The translations under genes were made by a program, and so were the position numbers. A stretch of 64,000 nucleotides of DNA from Blepharisma stoltei ATCC 30299 (lineage: Eukaryota > Protista > Ciliophora): the NCBI GenBank assembly GCA_965603825.1, contig CBFDEM010000021.1:434001-498000 (forward strand), in the 5' to 3' direction. How positions within the stretch are numbered: position 1 is the first letter of the stretch; the number at the start of each line of letters is the position of its first letter. Below are positions 60,577-64,000 of the stretch, piece by piece. The notes below the pieces were generated by a model, which was given only the letters and a program-made list of their open reading frames with translations, was not told the DNA's origin and did no database searches.

Positions 60577-61860
60577 TTACTTATTTTTCAATGGACTTGA
60601 TCTTACATCATAAGTCCCAGGTCCAGGAATGTCATTTTTTCCGGGAGAAGGAAATCTTGGGGTTGTAGATTTGAAAAATTTAGCTTTCGGCGAAAAATCA
60701 GTATTATAAAAGCCAGGGTCAGGAGCTCCTGTCTTTTTTATTCAATAGTCTCTTGCCAAAGGAAATCTTATATCGGAAGAATTAAAAGGTGCCTTATTTT
60801 TGTCTATTTTTACAGGCAATGGCGTAATCCCGATAATATTTTCAACGTCATTAGTAGATACTGCGTAAAATTCAGGGTTTTGCTTATCTAGTGGTAGAAA
60901 TCGCTTTTGTTTATTATCAAGGATTGCTGATTTCTGCAGTTTCTTGGTGTTAGATCTGTAATAGGCAGGACCAACCCCTGGTTTTCCTTTAAAAAAATCG
61001 AATTTAAAGCGATCTGTTGTATTGAAAGAAAAATCCCTGGGCGAAGATTCAGGTGACTCATAGGCTCCTGGGCCTACAGCAATTGATATTGTAGAATTTA
61101 GCCTATTAGATTCCGAATTAAATACATAAGTAGCTGCATGATTATTTGCTGATGGCTTTGGGGTATATAGTCCTACTCCTGGGACTTCAGTTATTATAGG
61201 TTTGCCTAAACTACAAGTCCTTAATCTTTTTGTTCCAAAATTGAGAAATTCAGGTAGTTTTGTATTAGATTTTGGGTCATAGCTTCCAGGCCCAGGAACT
61301 CCATTGATATTTTCTTCTAGTTTTTCACTTTTTGAAGCAAAAGCCCATGAAGTGTCGATTTTTGGAATTTTCTCTCTAAAATCGTAGCTGCCTGGTCCTG
61401 GATTTTCTCAGCTTGCTAGCTTGCTAGGGGGATGGTGAATATTTTTAGGGTTTCATAATTCTCTATCTTTCTTGTTTTTAGAGAATTCTGTTGATCTTCC
61501 TCTGTTTTTTGGAGAAATCTCATCAAAGCTTTTTCTTGGAAATTCAATTATAGGGGAAGCTGAACCTTGAGATGATGATTTTAATATAAATTTATCCTCA
61601 ATTCCTTCCTGGTTTCTGGTGGATTTTGGGCTTCAATCTTTATGGGAAATATAACTACCTGGGCCTGGTGTTTGGAAAGGGTAATTTAATGGATCCAAAA
61701 CGCTAAATTTCGATATTTTTCTTGCAGAAGTACCAAATCCGCCGTTGATTTTTTTAATCTTTATAGGAATTTTTTGAGTTTTTTGGATATAGGAAGTTGC
61801 TGGCTTTGAATTTATAAAAAAAGTGTCTTTAGTAAGATCAAACTCTTCATCATTTGACAT
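60577..61860 (-). CDS. PG-rich repeat (STPG/ODF3/SHIPPO) protein (427 aa)
   Basis: Multiple PGPGxY repeats; TGA read as Trp; TAA 60577-60579. Confidence 0.88.
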
Positions 61861-61879
61861 AATATTTTTATTTACATTA

Positions 61880-62608
61880 TTACGTTTGAATAATACTTGA
61901 TAAGTCTAAGCTTAACGCTCGCCTTTTCTTCCTTATTGGGACCTTATCAATAAACGCTACTGTAATGACATCATACGTTCCAGGTCCAGGCGTATCATTT
62001 AACGAGTTTCTGTGAGGAGTCCGTCTCCCAAAAGCTATTGACGCGTATCTGCTTGGTATTACTAAAGAATGACTCGGATTATAAGTTCCTGGAGGAGGAG
62101 TTTCTGATCTGGTCTTAACAAAATTTCTGCCCTTAAATGAAAATGATGGGGAGTTTCCTACAGATCTTACATCATAAGAGCCAGGGCCAGGAGTTGATTG
62201 CTGCCTAGAATGAGATGATCTTGACGGTGATATTTTAGTAGAAATCCCTAGCTTATCAAAACAGCTTGAAAGTTTATATGCAGTTGGAGGAGGTGAGTCT
62301 TTGCCAAATGCATTAGAAGGTGCCGTGCGCTTTCCATAGCCAATGCCTGCTGCGCGTGCCTTCCCTAAGGCTGATTTTATTATAATATATCCAGGACCTG
62401 AATTTGTTTTCTCTCCTTTGAAACGATCAGCTTTAGAGAAGCTTCAACAAACCGAATTTTTTCCAATTGTGCTTGCAACTTCATTTATTAATACAATATT
62501 TTCATATAAAGAGCTTTGTGAAGTTCTTCTTTCTCTGGCGATTTTAGAGTTCTTTGGGGATTTTGATTTGTTTTTCTTTTTTAATGAAATCGTGTAAGGA
62601 TTCGGCAT
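61880..62608 (-). CDS. Second PG-rich repeat (STPG/ODF3) protein (242 aa)
   Basis: WSFSKADRF (TGA), SPPPTAY, TPGPGSY, TPPPGTY, TPGPGTY; missing from the ORF track. Confidence 0.85.
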
Positions 62609-63081
62609 AATATTTGCATGAATTAAAATGGAGTTGTTTTAATTTAAAGTAGAGATGCATTAAAAAATGTAGTGAGCTATTTTTTCAGAATATTTAAGAA
62701 TTTATATGAAATTTAAGACACTTAAAACAACATTAATTATGCTAGGCTACCAATATGGAAATATTAAAATCGTAAAAATTTGGAGAGGAGAATTCATAAA
62801 ATTTCTTGTTAAAATAAAATGATTACCCTATAAACATTAATTTATAATATTTAGCATAAAATTTGCCAAGATAAAACTTTAAATTTTAATAATTCATATA
62901 AAGATTGTACTAAATTCTAAAAGTTTAAAAAGCAATCTCTATTTCTTTAAAATCAAATAATTTCTTCTAAAATATGCTTACTAAATTTTTTTAATTAAAT
63001 TTAATCATGAAATGATTATTTTCAATTGCTTTATTCTTCATTGTTTATAAAAGTTCAAAACCTAAAAAGCCTATAATAAAT

Positions 63082-64000
63082 ATGCTGAACCCAGAAGAAG
63101 TTAACTGGAGTGAAATAGTAATTGATGGATCTAATGGTAGACCCATAAGTATATTTCCAAACAATACAGTAATATCTGCTCGATACCATCCTTTGACCCT
63201 TGTTCCACGAAATCTTTTCGAACAGTTTCAAAGATTGCCAAACATTTGATTTTTATTAATTTCAGTTTTTCAACTCGTCAATTGAGATCTCAACCCTGTA
63301 AACTCATGGACAACTATAGCCCCACTTACATTTTTACTCTTTATTTCCCTTATCAAAGTAGCAAAGAATGAATATAACAGACACAAAGAAGACATTAAAA
63401 TTAATTCAGTAGAATATTTATACTGAAATGGCACAACTTTTGAAAAAATCAAATGCGGCGACCTTGAAGTTGGCATGTTTGTGCTTGTGAACGACGGTGA
63501 AACAGTACCAGCTGATATGATTTTATTAGCTTGTAGCAATGAGTCTTGCAAGGTTTATATTGATACCACAAGTGTAATAGGAAATGGGAATTTAATTGAA
63601 AGAGAAGCTTTGTCAGAAACTCAAAAATTTTTAAGCGCTGGAGTTGAGCTAGGAGCAAAACTTGAGAAAATGTATGGATCAGTTAAAGTTGAAGAAGCCA
63701 ACAGTGATATTTCTAGTTTTCAAGGACTTATGATATTAGCTGGGCATCCAAAAGGAATTGATGTTAATATTCAGCAGTTGCTAGTTAGAGGCTCAGTCTT
63801 GAAAAATACAACTTGGGCTCTTGGATTTGTAGTTTATGCTGGGGAAAACTGCAAAATACAAATGAATATACGATACCAGCTGAAAAAGACAAGCAACTTA
63901 GAGAAGCGACTGAACAAATGGGTTATATATATATTGCTCTTTGAAATCATTTTGGTTATAATATCAATGTTTTTATACTTTTATGCCTCAGAAAGTTCAT
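63082..64000 (+). CDS. P4-type ATPase (flippase)-like protein, N-terminal part; 3' truncated by the window
   Basis: FPNNTVISARY...PRNLFEQFQRLPNIWF, VPADMILL, LLVRGSVLKNT...VVYAGEN; three TGA. Confidence 0.9.

Noticed and set aside
1-64000. CRISPR arrays, transposons, telomeric repeats, IESs, tRNAs
   Set aside because: No repeat-spacer array, transposase/RT ORF, telomere tract, gene-interrupting insertion or cloverleaf seen by eye

Overview
Gene-dense, AT-rich eukaryotic nuclear DNA, almost certainly a macronuclear chromosome of a heterotrich ciliate of the Blepharisma type. Two features support this. First, in-frame TGA occurs at conserved Trp positions, so UGA=Trp and every complete gene ends in TAA/TAG. 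Second, the introns are tiny (15 nt, one 16 nt) and follow GT-N7-A-N3-AG. The supplied standard-code ORF track therefore fragments most genes. Re-read with UGA=Trp and splicing, the window holds about 45 protein genes and one 5S rRNA gene. The proteins include a CDPK, WNK kinase, YIPF, NDUFA12-family, START, PH-kinase, FHA-RINGv, a 4288-aa HECT ligase, TPR-IQ, ODA1/CCDC114, VAMP7-like, SERBP1-like, SAXO-like, DOT1-like, nucleoplasmin-like, RMC1, Mago, Kelch-BTB, DUF2817 peptidase, CNBD channel, URI, IVD, Cdc20, CHCHD2-like, HEAT, TBC, GGCT, two STPG proteins and a P4-ATPase. The main highlights are: a WNK kinase fused to a peptidoglycan-binding-like domain and carrying DFG at the chloride-sensing DLG; head-to-tail genes separated by only 1 and 7 nt; a CUB-like domain split by two nested SPRY domains; a SNARE-degenerate VAMP7; and a shared upstream motif. 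All domain calls come from motif recognition by eye, not database searches.
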